A DNA stretch of 28,837 nt from Vitrella brassicaformis CCMP3155 (Eukaryota; Protista; Chromerida), in contig CDMY01000704.1 in the NCBI GenBank assembly GCA_001179505.1, positions 1 to 28,837 on the forward strand, in the 5' to 3' direction. Both the position numbers and the translations under genes were made by a program. Shown piece after piece: positions 17,553-28,345 of the stretch (positions are counted from its first letter, which is position 1; each line of letters starts with the position of its first letter). Under the pieces are notes generated by a model that did not search any database, was not told the origin of the DNA, and worked only from the letters and a program-made list of their open reading frames with translations.

Positions 17553-17925
17553 AATTCGTTATCACGTGAAATGGACTTTTTCTCATGATAAAACAGACTT
17601 CTTGCCAGCGTTAGGCAAGCCTTGAGCTCTTACAGGCCCGAATGATCCGAATGCGACGCATTTGCAGTGAAGTGCTTGTGCGAAACTCACAAACGACGCG
17701 CATGACGCGCATTCCGCAATGACAGGGCGTCATGATCAGTCGAGTCACATAAGTGTGTGCTTGCTTGTCAGTGAATCAATGAATTGATTCAATTCATTCA
17801 TTCAATGAATCACTGCATGCATCACCGCAGACAACCCTCTTCGGTTGCTTCGCTTGGGAGACGGCCGTGATCCTGGCCTGACTGGCCACGAGGTGGCCGG
17901 CCATGGATGTCTCACATCAGCCATA
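17553..17925 (-). repeat. Right arm of the long inverted repeat (repeat X)
   Basis: Reverse complement of 14684-15067. Confidence 0.92.
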
Positions 17926-19071
17926 TGCAACAGGGCTGACGCTGCAGGCCGTTTGAGCCGCCCAGGCAGAAAATTTGAATGGACCTTTCAGTGAGGGGGT
18001 GCACACGAGTGCGGATGCGGTGTGTATGTCACGAATGGAGTGGTGTGAGACCACGTCCGACTCGAGACACGAGAGAGAACGGTTCGTGCGACTGTATGTC
18101 ACTTGATTTGATAGCAATTGATGAGCAACACGGCCACGAATGTGTCCAATGTCACGCACATAAACTGACCCCCCTCAGAGGAGAGCGAGCGTCAGCGATT
18201 CGGTGTTTGCCTGACCAGGGCTGGTTCGAGGTATTTGGGTGGTCGACTGTGACGGTTGCGTCGATAACAGCAAGGTGTGCCCTCAGGGGGCGAATTGAAA
18301 GGGGAGAAAGGGGACAGAGAGGTTAGATCAGAGCGTCGGAGAGGGCGGACTTCACTTGAGACACGTGTGACACGGCGTTTGGCAGGACCACAGGGATTGA
18401 GGATGATGGCAGCTTACACACACGCTTTTCCTGTGAGAGATCTAACGCAGCACAAACAACCAGAAGCCTTCCTCTCTCTTCCCTCGGGGTACCTCCGGCA
18501 GGCAACCGTCAACTCGCCACCAGCGGGCCCTCTGGCAGCGACCGCGTCTTACCTCCTGCCGGCAACCGGCTCGGACAGAGCAGAGAGGGAGGACCAGCTG
18601 GCCGTATCGGCGCCCGAAGCACTCAGCGAGGAAAGGGGGAAGCCGCCAGATGGATGGAAAGGATGGGAAAACTCAAAAGGGATGGATGGGATCACTCAAG
18701 GGATGGATGGGATTCAGTCAAAGTACACACAGAGTCTTTTTCCCCACGGAAAGATGATGGAAAAGTCACGAGTTCATTGCAAGCTCATCCCGCGATCCCA
18801 GGGCACGACTCTCCCTCAAACAATAGCTCATTTGCCCGATCCTTTTACATGGTCAAAATATTTCTGTTTTACACACCAGACCCTAACACAGATTGGACTC
18901 GGGGATTGGCGGCTTCATCAGCGACTTGTAGACCCCACAGGCCGCCTCTGCCGCTCCCTGCCGTCCCAGCGGCTGCCTAGTAGTTGTTTTAGCCGCGGCA
19001 TCTAGCCATCCATCCTTCCCTTTCCAGCCATCCCTTCCCCTCTGTCCATCTTCCCCCGTTTGTTTTCTTAG

Positions 19072-19987
19072 CGAGGATGTCAGCGGGCCCGTCATCGGCC
19101 AAGCCGGCGCCGCCGATGGCGCATGCGACGGTGGAGCAGATCAGGCAGTCCGCCTATCGACAGTCCAAGGCGCAGATCGAACAGGAGGCGAAGGCGATTG
19201 TGGCCATGCTCAAGATCAACGTGCCTGCGAACATCGGCGAGGCGTTTTAGGCGATAGCCCAGAAGCGAAGCCTGGGAGCGCATCTGAAGGTAGGCGGGGT
19301 GCGAAATGGAGAAAGAGGGATGCTCTCACACGGTGGGTAGGGTGGTGTTTGTATGTGTGTGTGGGGATGTCTGCAGCGGTCGGAGCTGCTGGCGTTGGTC
19401 AAGTTCATCGGCAAGGACGCGTTGCACATGAAGGTGATGTACGAGGCGGACGGCAGATCTGTGCTCCAATGGCTACCGGAGTCGCAACATTGATGAGCTG
19501 AAGCGTCAGGAGCGAGGCCAGCAGCGACAGCTTTTGGCTGAGGGTGCAGATCACTGGTGAGGTGACCAGATGGAGGCGGGGGAAGAGAACACCGAGAATA
19601 CACACGGCTCTCTCGTTATGCGTGTGTGTCTATGCAGGTTGCGAAGGGGATGTCATTGCGCCTTGAGGCATTGGCCGTGGCAGATCAATTCATTGCCGGT
19701 GAGAGAAAGCGCCGAGCGGGCAGGAGGGTGCGCGTGCATTGGCGTGTGGGTGTGCCTGTCAGACGTGTGCTTCAACGGGGAAGGACGTCGATTTCCGACG
19801 AGTGCAGCCATGGTCGACAGACATGTGAGGGGCGACGCGCCGCCTCGTCGAGGTGAGCGAATGCACGGTCGAGCTGGCAGATGGCGAACCCCGCTCATCG
19901 TCCGTTTGTGTGTGTGTGTCAGGTGGCGAACATTTGGCGATAAGAGTGTGCGCAGCGATGGAGGGTTGCGAGAGGGTGGCGATATAG
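19072..19987 (+). pseudogene. Decayed multi-exon gene of unknown function
   Basis: Coding-like blocks bounded by AG/GT: 19072-19289, 19377-19556, 19638-19698, 19763-19852, 19923-19987. In-frame TAG at 19248-19250 and TGAs in block 2. Introns are rich in GT repeats. Phases are only partly consistent. Confidence 0.4.
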
Positions 19988-20173
19988 ATAGATGCTGCAC
20001 TGTGTGTAGATAGGCAGCTGTTGCCTGTCAGTAGTAGGTCGCATGTGTATGCTGGGCGGACAAGTGCATGACGGGCGAGTGCACGACGGACCAACGCCAT
20101 TCACATTCATTCAAAGCTGGTTGTTATCGTTCTATTTGCCTATGGCTAGCTTCAGCGAATCTACCGGCTTTCA

Positions 20174-20322
20174 CATACATGGTCAACATAGCCGGCCACC
20201 CTGTAGAGAAACACCCACCACCTCCCTCGTCGGGTGCACCGCCGGTGCACCCGGCGGTGCACCCGACGAGGGAGATGGTGGGTGTTTCTCTATAGGGTGG
20301 CCGGCTATGTTGACCATGTATG
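20174..20322. repeat. 149-bp near-perfect palindrome at the end of repeat X
   Basis: 72-bp arms CATACATGG...GCACCGCCGG and CCGGCGGTGC...CCATGTATG, 5-nt loop TGCAC, two mismatches. Continues into repeat X (20323-20424 matches ~14690-14790). Confidence 0.93.
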
Positions 20323-20424
20323 GCTGATGTGAGACATCCATGGCCGGCCACCTCGTGGCCAGTCAGGCCAGGATCACGGCCGTCTCCCAAGCGAAGCAAC
20401 CGAGGAGGGTTGTCTGCAGTGATG

Positions 20425-21176
20425 TGTTGAGGGGGTTCACGCTATTGAGATAGCTCTTACTCGATGCTCTACTAAGGACACTTCTCGATGGGAGACACTC
20501 ACGATTCAACGACAGGCACACGCAAACGAATAAGGTCTCACGAGGTCACAAGCAGTCACACACGGCACTGCACCACACCTGCTGACGACGGCAGGCTCTG
20601 ACACGACTAATACACACACTCACTCACTCACTCACTCACTCACGACAACTGCTGAGGCCAGCAGCCTCGGCAACACAGCTCTCCGTCTGCTTCTTGGCAC
20701 GCCTTGACGCCTCGGGCTTGGTTGGTTTGACTTCCTTCTTCAACAATCAAGCGGGCAGCTTCACAGTCAGTAGGTAGGAGTCGCCGAAGGGATGGGGATG
20801 GCTGGAATCAGTGAAAAATCGACAAGTACCGAAAAGATCAACGAATCGGCACTTCGTCCTTCGGGATCACCGGAAAAAGCCGTAATGCTCAGCCCGTGCC
20901 CAATCGGAGCGCCAGCTCTCGCTCTGGAGCCTTTCGTCCCGCTCCGGCGCCGTTCGCCTCTAGCGCTGGAGCGCGAGGCCTGTCGCTCCGGAGCGGCAGG
21001 AGTCGTTTAACGAGACTCTAACTCTGATTCTCGACGTCATTTCCTGTTGTTTCGTACTATTGCCGCCGCTGCGACGCTGGAGGCCCTTCCCTCCCTTTTC
21101 TAGCGAAGCGTTATCCATCATCATTGACAGGGAGATTCGAGTGAGTCCATGCACTGAATTGAGTCACCCTGCAACA
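20425..21176. mobile_element. Solo LTR-like element (752 bp) with 4-bp TSD GATG
   Basis: TGTTGAGGG...CCCTGCAACA termini. GATG at 20421-20424 and 21177-21180. The empty site GTGATGCATGCAGTGATTC is visible in the inverted copy of repeat X at ~17812-17830. Confidence 0.85.
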
Positions 21177-21320
21177 GATGCATGCAGTGATTCACTGAAT
21201 GAATGAACGAATGAATGAATTGAATGACAATATTAATGATCCATCATTGATTGTTGACTGACAAGCAAGCACACAATCGTGTGACTCGAGAGAATGACAG
21301 AGCGATTCGTTCCATGCACA

Positions 21321-21984
21321 CGACAGCTCAGATCAGTTTCACGGATCTTGCTCTAGCTGAAAGCTGAGCTGGTGTGGTTATCAGCTCGCAAACAATTTTG
21401 CGGCCTCCGCAGAACCAACTTTTTTTCTAGAGGGTCTTTTCAAGATCTGTCTTCGGATATCTGTGGAGGGGGTCACTGCGAGGAACGAGTTTGCTTCGAG
21501 GTTCAAATCCGCTCACGCGTTTGCGCGAAAAACGGCGGCAAAAAACCCGGAAAATCGGTTTTTGGCTGTTTTCTCTCGGGTTTCTGGTGCGTTCGCCGCG
21601 CAAGTCTGCGTGTGAGTGGTCCTCTGCTCTGTCCTCACGCAAGCGATTGTCGCTCTGCGCTTCGTGAAACACGAGAACCAGCCACCGAAAGTTGACGGTG
21701 CCGTGAACCCAAATCACCACAACTGTGTCAATGCATGATACCTTTCGCTGCTTTGTGTTCACACGCAAGCGCGCATCGCTTTTCGTTCCGTCAAAAGAAG
21801 AACGGATCACTGAAAGTTTACACAGCCATGAACCATCAGTCACACAATGCATCGTTCACGGCACAACTGCTTTACGCTCTCTTCGTACGCAAGCGGCCGT
21901 CGCTCTTCGGCCGCGCAAACGAGACCATAGCCGCTGAAAACTTGCTCACCGCTAGCTCAACCGCAATCTCCTTGCACACGCTTC
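21321..21984 (+). repeat. Dispersed repeat Y, copy 2
   Basis: Matches 16862-17551. Confidence 0.85.
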
Positions 21985-22490
21985 AAGGTCGATCTGGTTG
22001 ATGAAAGATATGCCCACGGACGCTGCCAGAGACGATTTTGCTTCTAGTCGCAATTGCGCTCTGTCGTTCGGGTAAAAGGTGGCGAACACTGGTGTCGGTT
22101 ACACGAAATTCGGCGTTGTGATATCTCTCGGGACTCTCATTCATTCGATGCAAAAGCATGTATGTCTGATACATCCCGTTATGCTGTGTCTGCACGCCAG
22201 CGGCCATCGCCCTGCGCCGTCTTGAGAAAGAGAACTAGGCACCGAACGTGGGCACAGCTGTGGACCTACACCAGCACGATTGTGTCAAGGCATGATACAT
22301 CTCGCTATGCTGTATTCACACTGCAAGCGGCCATCGCTCTCCACTCCGTCAAAAGGAGCCACCGAAAGTTTACACAGCCGTAAATAATCCCAAAGTAATA
22401 CACCTTTCCAGCTCGGTCCTCACGCATGTGGCCGTCGCTCTCTTCGCCTCAAAAGGAGAACCAGCCCAATAAAGGTTTACGCACCCCAAC
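21636..22490 (+). repeat. Diverged ~100-125-bp tandem units
   Basis: A GCAAGCGGCCATCGCT...AGAACCAGCCACCGAAAG-like core recurs near 21636, 21762, 21887, 22193, 22319 and 22421, and also near 17176, 17341 and 17456. Confidence 0.65.
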
Positions 22491-23095
22491 CACCAAACGG
22501 TGTGCATCGTCGGTTGTCAAACGTGTGGATCCCGTCAGGCACGATTTCGCACCCCGCTCTGTTCTTTTGCAGCCACTCATGTGCTTCAGCTCGCCCTCCG
22601 TTGAGCGCCACCCCCGGCCAGGCCTGTGTAAAAGCCGAAAGGTGCACAGTGTTCTGTGCCTGAGAGCTTTTCTTTGTGTGTCGTTGTCAAGTACCAAGTC
22701 TCTTCTACAATAACCACGATTTCAGTTCTGTCAGTAGACCACATGGTGTGACTAACTAAAGAGTACTAAAGAGCCGTCTGAGACGTTTGAGACACGGCTT
22801 GCTGCGATGATTGGGGTTTGTCAGAGAGGGAAAAAGATGCTCTGCTCACTTGTGTAAAGGCCTACGTGCTATACAAAGACCCAACAAGGAGAGACAGTAG
22901 AGGTTTGACGGAAAGCCGACACTTTGATGATCCACCACGGAGGGCCCTTCCCAGGCCTGGCACTGCCTCAGCTTCGAAATCCGTTCCCGAATTTAAGAGG
23001 AGCGAGATGTCTCCTTTCCCTGCATCGAAGTAATCCGAGCTCTAATTACAGCATCCATATACCCTTTTTTTACATTCTCTGCTCCGTTTAGGTTA

Positions 23096-23817
23096 TGTTA
23101 CCGCCTTGTTCTGTCCTGCGGTGTCTGTGTCCGATGTGCTATAAGTAATAGCACAAAGCTCGAGGATGCTGGATGAAGTGTTGCTGGTGAGTTAGAGTGG
23201 GTGTTTGATTGGGTGTGAGAAGGTTTCTGTTACTGAAGGCTCAAGGTATCTCTGTTCGCACACACGGGGAACTGCTCTTATCAACGACCGACTGTCTGTC
23301 TGTCCCGCAGACGGGCACAACAAACGAATGAACGAACGATCGGACGACGAACGACGAACGAACGCACACTTGTGACACACGATGCACCACCTAGCTGCTG
23401 CTTACAACAACTGGTCTGGAATCTGCCTGTGCTGACGATGGGAATCAACACAGGAAGGTCGAAACGATGAAAAACGAATGAAACAACTGCTGCACACTGA
23501 ACGTCGGCAATTGGCGATGAGGTCCAAGGGGTGATTCTCCTTTTCGCCTGTCTAGGGTTCCTAGGGTTTGTCGTAGGGGTCCTTCCGAAGCACCCCTGAT
23601 CTTGTAGGGCACCTTCCTTCGAATTAGGGATGCTTCATCATTCCGTTTACAAAGCCTTTGGTGCCACCGTGAAACCAAAAGGAGAGGCACAGCGAGGACA
23701 AGGGAAGATGTGCGCTTCCCTCCCTTTCCTAGCGAAGCGTTTCTCTATGAGGATCGAATCACTCAGGCACGATTCTCATCAATGATTCAGATACCCCTTT
23801 CTGATCACCCTGCAGCA
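23096..23817. mobile_element. Solo LTR-like element (722 bp) with 4-bp TSD GTTA
   Basis: TGTTACC...TCACCCTGCAGCA termini. GTTA at 23092-23095 and 23818-23821. The 3' block CTTCCCTCCCTTTCCTAGCGAAGCGTT is shared with the 20425-21176 element. Confidence 0.7.
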
Positions 23818-23904
23818 GTTAATTCATCCGTTGCGAGCACGATCTCTTGTCTGGTTATCCGTGAAAAAGTGATGACACCCCGTGCAAGCCTCTTCCCCTG
23901 ATCG

Positions 23905-24110
23905 CACATTTTTTAAAACGTCCAAAATGTGCCAAAATATATTTAAAAGCCGGCAAACCGCCGAAAAATATTTAAAACAACCAAACATATAAAAAGTTGA
24001 TTTTAAATCCGGAGAAATTTTTAAACAACGTCGGAGAAATTTTAAAAAAATCAGATAGACAAGGAACGCATTTTAAAAGCCGCAAAGAAAGGATGATTTA
24101 AACTTTTGGG
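23905..24110. other. AT-rich island with recurrent TTTAAA
   Basis: TTTAAA at 23912, 23942, 23971, 24002, 24020, 24041, 24072 and 24097 in an otherwise GC-rich window. Confidence 0.75.
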
Positions 24111-24951
24111 TTGCAACCCGTTGAATCACATCTTCCTTGCCATGTTCCTTTCTTGCAAACCAATGTCCTTCACACATCGAACTAGATAACACTCGTTTGT
24201 AATGTCCACACAGTCCATTTGCCTTCACACTTACACACACACACGCACGCACACATAAGACAGACATAAGATTACACACAAGACATAGAGACATGCATAC
24301 ATTATTTCATACAGAAACAGCCAGACAGTGTCGGCAGATGCACCACATGGAGTCATAGAGATAGACAGTCGGGGCTTGTATGTACACGAACCAATCAATT
24401 AATCAACCAGTCAATCAATCATTCACCCAATCAATCGACTGACTAGATAGGACAGGGTGAATGTGTCTCGGTCGGTCGGATACCGAGTAAGCAGAGTATC
24501 TCTCTCGCTTCACTTACAAATCCCAATCACCGCGTACAAGTCTCAGACGGCCCCTCAGTCAGTCCCTTCATATTTAGCGCTTGCCGGCGCAAATCAGTGC
24601 CAATCGGAACAAGAAGGGCAATGGACGGCCATGCATTGTCTGCACATTGACAAAAGAGCCCTGTTTTCAGCACACCGTCAAACCATGACGTCTCACGACC
24701 GACTTTCGCTGCCACGTCTATGGCTCAGCTCTCCATCTACCTCCGCAACGGTGCAACGCAACTCAAATTTGTGCATCCAAATAGCCGCTAACGCATGTAC
24801 TGTCATCCTTCCCCGACCAAACCGAGCCAAATTTGCTAAAGTGGGGAAAAAAGGACTAGAACTGTCGTGTGCATCCCCCGGCCCACCTACCGCCGGGGTT
24901 CCGAATGCTACACTGCTAGCACATTTCGTTGAGCACACCGTGGGATTTACC

Positions 24952-27041
24952 ATGAAGTCTTGCGTGTCGTTCCTGGTGCTCGTCGTGCTGTTTGGCGCTC
25001 CTTCTGCAGCTTCGTCCACTATGGAGGCTGGAGACGAGAACGGGACGACACCCAACATTGAGTAAGCCGCTCCAAAGGCAAATGTCAACTCGGAGTACAT
25101 CGCTGTTTCCATTGTTCGAGCAGCCTCCAATTGTTCGACGACGTCACAGAGGCGGCGGGACTCACGAGTATCAAGGCATTATATGTGTCATGGGGCTCGT
25201 CATGGGGTGACATGGATGGCGATGGTGATCCTGATCTCTGGGTCAGCAACCATTATTCACGGCCTGTACTCTACGAAAACTTGGGGGACGGCACGTTTCG
25301 CAACGTTCGTAAGCAGAGGTTGGGAAAGATGTACGGGGACCTTCACACGGCCAGTTGGGTGGATTTCGACAACGACGGCGATCAGGATCTGGTTGTGCTA
25401 CATGGTGGGAGAAGGGCAACCGGCAAGGAAGACAATCAGGTGTTTGTCAACGACGGCAGTGGCCATTTCAGTGAGCGCGCCGAGCAGCTCGGCTTGACGC
25501 ATGGATGGGCCCGAGGAAGAGCACCTTTGTGGTTCGATTCCAATGATGACGGCCGTCTGGATGTGCTTTTCACGGCTCTTCTACGTCCCGACGGGCGCGA
25601 CTACACGCGTTTCTTCAGACAGAAGACAGATGGGACGTTTGTCCCGGACGAGTCAGCAGGCTACGACACCCCTAAATCTCCAGTGACAATGGCATATTTG
25701 ACGGATGTCAATGGTGACCAAAAGCTTGACGTTGTCGAAGCATCGTACTGGAGATTTCCTATTGCTGTGTTTGACACGATGGATCCGACGGCTGCTCAAC
25801 GTATGAAGCCACCTTTTTTGGCGAAACCTGTCAAGGACGTGGCCTTTGCAGACTTGAATGGTGATGCTTTTATTGACGCAATCGTGCCACCTTACGTTAG
25901 AAGGAATATTGTGATCCAGCGCAACGAAAGTCGGGTCGAATTTCACATGCCCAGCGTTGCCGAGGAAATCGGTATTGATGTCCGGACTGAAGGAGCGCTG
26001 ACGATCCAGTTTCAGTGGAAGCAGAGGGTTCTAATCGGCTCCAATGGATATCCTAAGACCTTCGGAAATCTTGATCCTGAGTTTAATCGGCATTATCGGC
26101 TCCTTGGTGGCATTACCAATGCTGAAGATGTGTTTTCTCTCGACCCTGCAGATGCAAAAAACCAGGGCATAGCCCGTCACACACCCGGTGTGGACAATGG
26201 GATATACATTGGCTACTTTCCATCAGAGGGAACTTGGCGGGTGCTGAACAGCGGCAATCCATCCCGCCGAATATCTGGCATTTTATCATCGTCGCAGAAG
26301 ATCACATCCCTCGGACGCATCGGCTTCTCAAGCCATCCGAAGGGTGGTGCACGTATCTTCATATGGAACCCAAAGGAGAGTCGGTATGATGAGAAGACAT
26401 ACAAGTCAGGTTTAAGCGCTGCCGGTGATTTCGGGTCGGAATCAATCGTGGCGGGAGATTTCGATAACGACTGTGACGTCGACTTTTACGTTGTCACGAC
26501 GACTACTCTTGAGAACACCCCAAATCGATTGTATCTCAACGACGGTACTGGAAATTTTGTCCTGTCACCTAACGCAGGGGGAGCAGCTGGTACGTCGACC
26601 GGTATCGGGGATGCAGTCACTGCCGCCGATTACGACTGCGACGGAGCTCTCGACATGTTTGTTGCGAACGGTGGGGGAACGGGGCGAAACAGAGTGGCTT
26701 TCAAGGTGGGTGAGGGGAAAGACCAGCTCTTTCGCAACCGCGGGAACAGCAATGGATGGCTGGAGATTGATCTCGAAGGCACTGCATCGAACCGCGACGG
26801 AATTGGTGCAACCGTGTTTGTGGAGGTCGGCGGGAAAACCCAAGTTCGCGAGCGTGGCAACGGAATGCACTCTCGAAGTCAGGACCACGCACGTTTGCAC
26901 TTTGGTCTCGGGACGGCCAACTCAGTTGACCGTCTGACAGTTCGCTGGCCGAGTGGCCAAATTGACGTCATCAAGAACATTGCGGCCAACCGAGCGATTC
27001 GGGTGAAGGAGGGTGGCACAATACATACGGTTTGCGAATAA
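24952..27041 (+). CDS. Secreted FG-GAP/VCBS-repeat protein with C-terminal ASPIC/UnbV domain (CRTAC1-like); join(24952..25061,25124..27041), ~675 aa
   Basis: Exon 1 encodes the signal peptide MKSCVSFLVLVVLFGAPSAAS. A phase-2 GTAAGC...CAG intron of 62 bp joins it in frame to the long ORF. Multiple DxDGDGDxD-type motifs (GDMDGDGDPDL, DFDNDGDQDL, DSNDDGRLDV, DLNGDAFID, DFDNDCDVD, DYDCDGALD). C-terminal WLEIDLEG...SNRDGIGA...LHFGLG...VRWPSG. Confidence 0.88.
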
Positions 27042-27405
27042 GCGGATCCGTTGGATATACGTGGCAGGGATCGACTTGTGTGAAAGGACGGACTGATGCA
27101 TGACAGCGAACAGCCTACCCTCCTTGGCGAGTTGAGGTGGAGTAGGCTGATGCCGTCTAAAGGGATGTTAGGGCTCGGTGATTTTCCTAAGCAATATGGA
27201 TACGTGTGGCTGGGTGATGGCAACATGTCGCGTGCATTGTGTGCGTGAAGTGAGGAAGTTCCTTTGTCATGGTGTGAGTCCCAGCCTGAGAAGAGGGCGG
27301 CCATGCATGTGTGAAAGACGTGTCAGCATGGGACGAAGGACGCGCAAGGTGCAGAGAACAACACATACTCTCATGGACGGGGCTCAATCTGTCACAGATG
27401 AGCCC

Positions 27406-28081
27406 ACGTGTGTATCTGAAGGCTCATCCCTTCATTGATTTGTCCTTGCGTGGGTTCATGCACCGTGTGTCATCATGCACACAACACCAATACGGACACA
27501 CACAGGCCGATGGGCCAGGCTTGGCAACCCTGGCTGGCAACACCTGCGCATGCATTCCTCAGCCAACCCTGCTGGGGCTCGAACACACCCAAATTCTACC
27601 ACTAGACACCCTGATATGGACACAAGTCTGTCGTCCACACCATGTATCCCATCCGTCAGTAGTCGCAACACGCGCACCACCATCGATGGGTCATCTAGCC
27701 ATCAGCAGATGAAGGGAAGAGAGAGAGAGCCCACTCGCCCACGGCGCAGTCGGACCACGAATGCACACGGCGAACATGTGCTCACAGCACCATGAAACGC
27801 CAGATCTCCATGGCCATCACGTCCAGCAGGCACCACGGTGCTCAGATCCACCATCTCGACACGTGCTCATCGAACCATGACCGAGATCTCCTCCAAAACG
27901 TCTCACAAACGTGGCAGGGACCCATAGATCTGACAGATAAAGCACTCCGTGCTGTCGGCTGACCTCTCTTGGCCCTCCAGCGCCATCTTCCTCGTCGCCA
28001 CAAGCCTGCACACCCAGAAACACGACCCGCACACAGCCGTCGAGAGGAACTACCTCTTCCCGACGCTGACCAATCACCTCA
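27406..28081. repeat. Longer copy of the repeat at 1-569
   Basis: See the 1-569 entry. Confidence 0.9.
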
Positions 28082-28345
28082 ACCAAGGAACTACCGCAGC
28101 ACGACGCCTCGCGCCCGGACTCACGTGTCTACCACGAGATGGTCCGTCTCGGTCACCAGCGGCGCTTCATACCTCAGATCTGGCTTACTGCCTCAGCCTC
28201 ACGTGCCTGCCTGGTGGTGGTTGGGTCCGTCATGTGTGTATTACCCTATGGGTGTCAGGTTCGTGACGACGGGGAGAGCCTGACACATCGTCCTGACCAA
28301 TTAATTTGGAAGGCTCTCCCCGTCTATTTTGGAACGAAGCTTTGA
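27790..28345 (+). pseudogene. Possible decayed APE-type endonuclease of a non-LTR retrotransposon
   Basis: Broken frames give FLVATSLHTQ...ERNYLFPTLTNHL and CLVVVGSVMCVL, loosely like the NxYAP...R..F..L and I..GDFNC motifs. Catalytic residues are not preserved. Confidence 0.25.

Noticed and set aside
18277-19005. 242-aa plus-strand ORF
   Set aside because: It crosses GGAT-type low-complexity tracts and has no domain-like or signal features, so it cannot be supported.
24180-24450. CA/CAAT-rich tracts (also ACTC at ~20620-20643, ATCT at ~12910-12930, TGAA at ~14800-14820) as special elements
   Set aside because: Ordinary short microsatellite or low-complexity sequence typical of this genome's non-coding DNA.
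24457-25065. 202-aa ORF as the full first exon
   Set aside because: Only the last 37 codons from ATG 24952 look like a signal peptide. The upstream part starts at a non-ATG codon and looks non-coding.
25131-27041. Bacterial contaminant gene starting at TTG 25131
   Set aside because: An in-phase GT-AG intron and an upstream ATG signal-peptide exon explain the start better, and the flanks carry the same eukaryotic repeats as the rest of the window with no gap in between.
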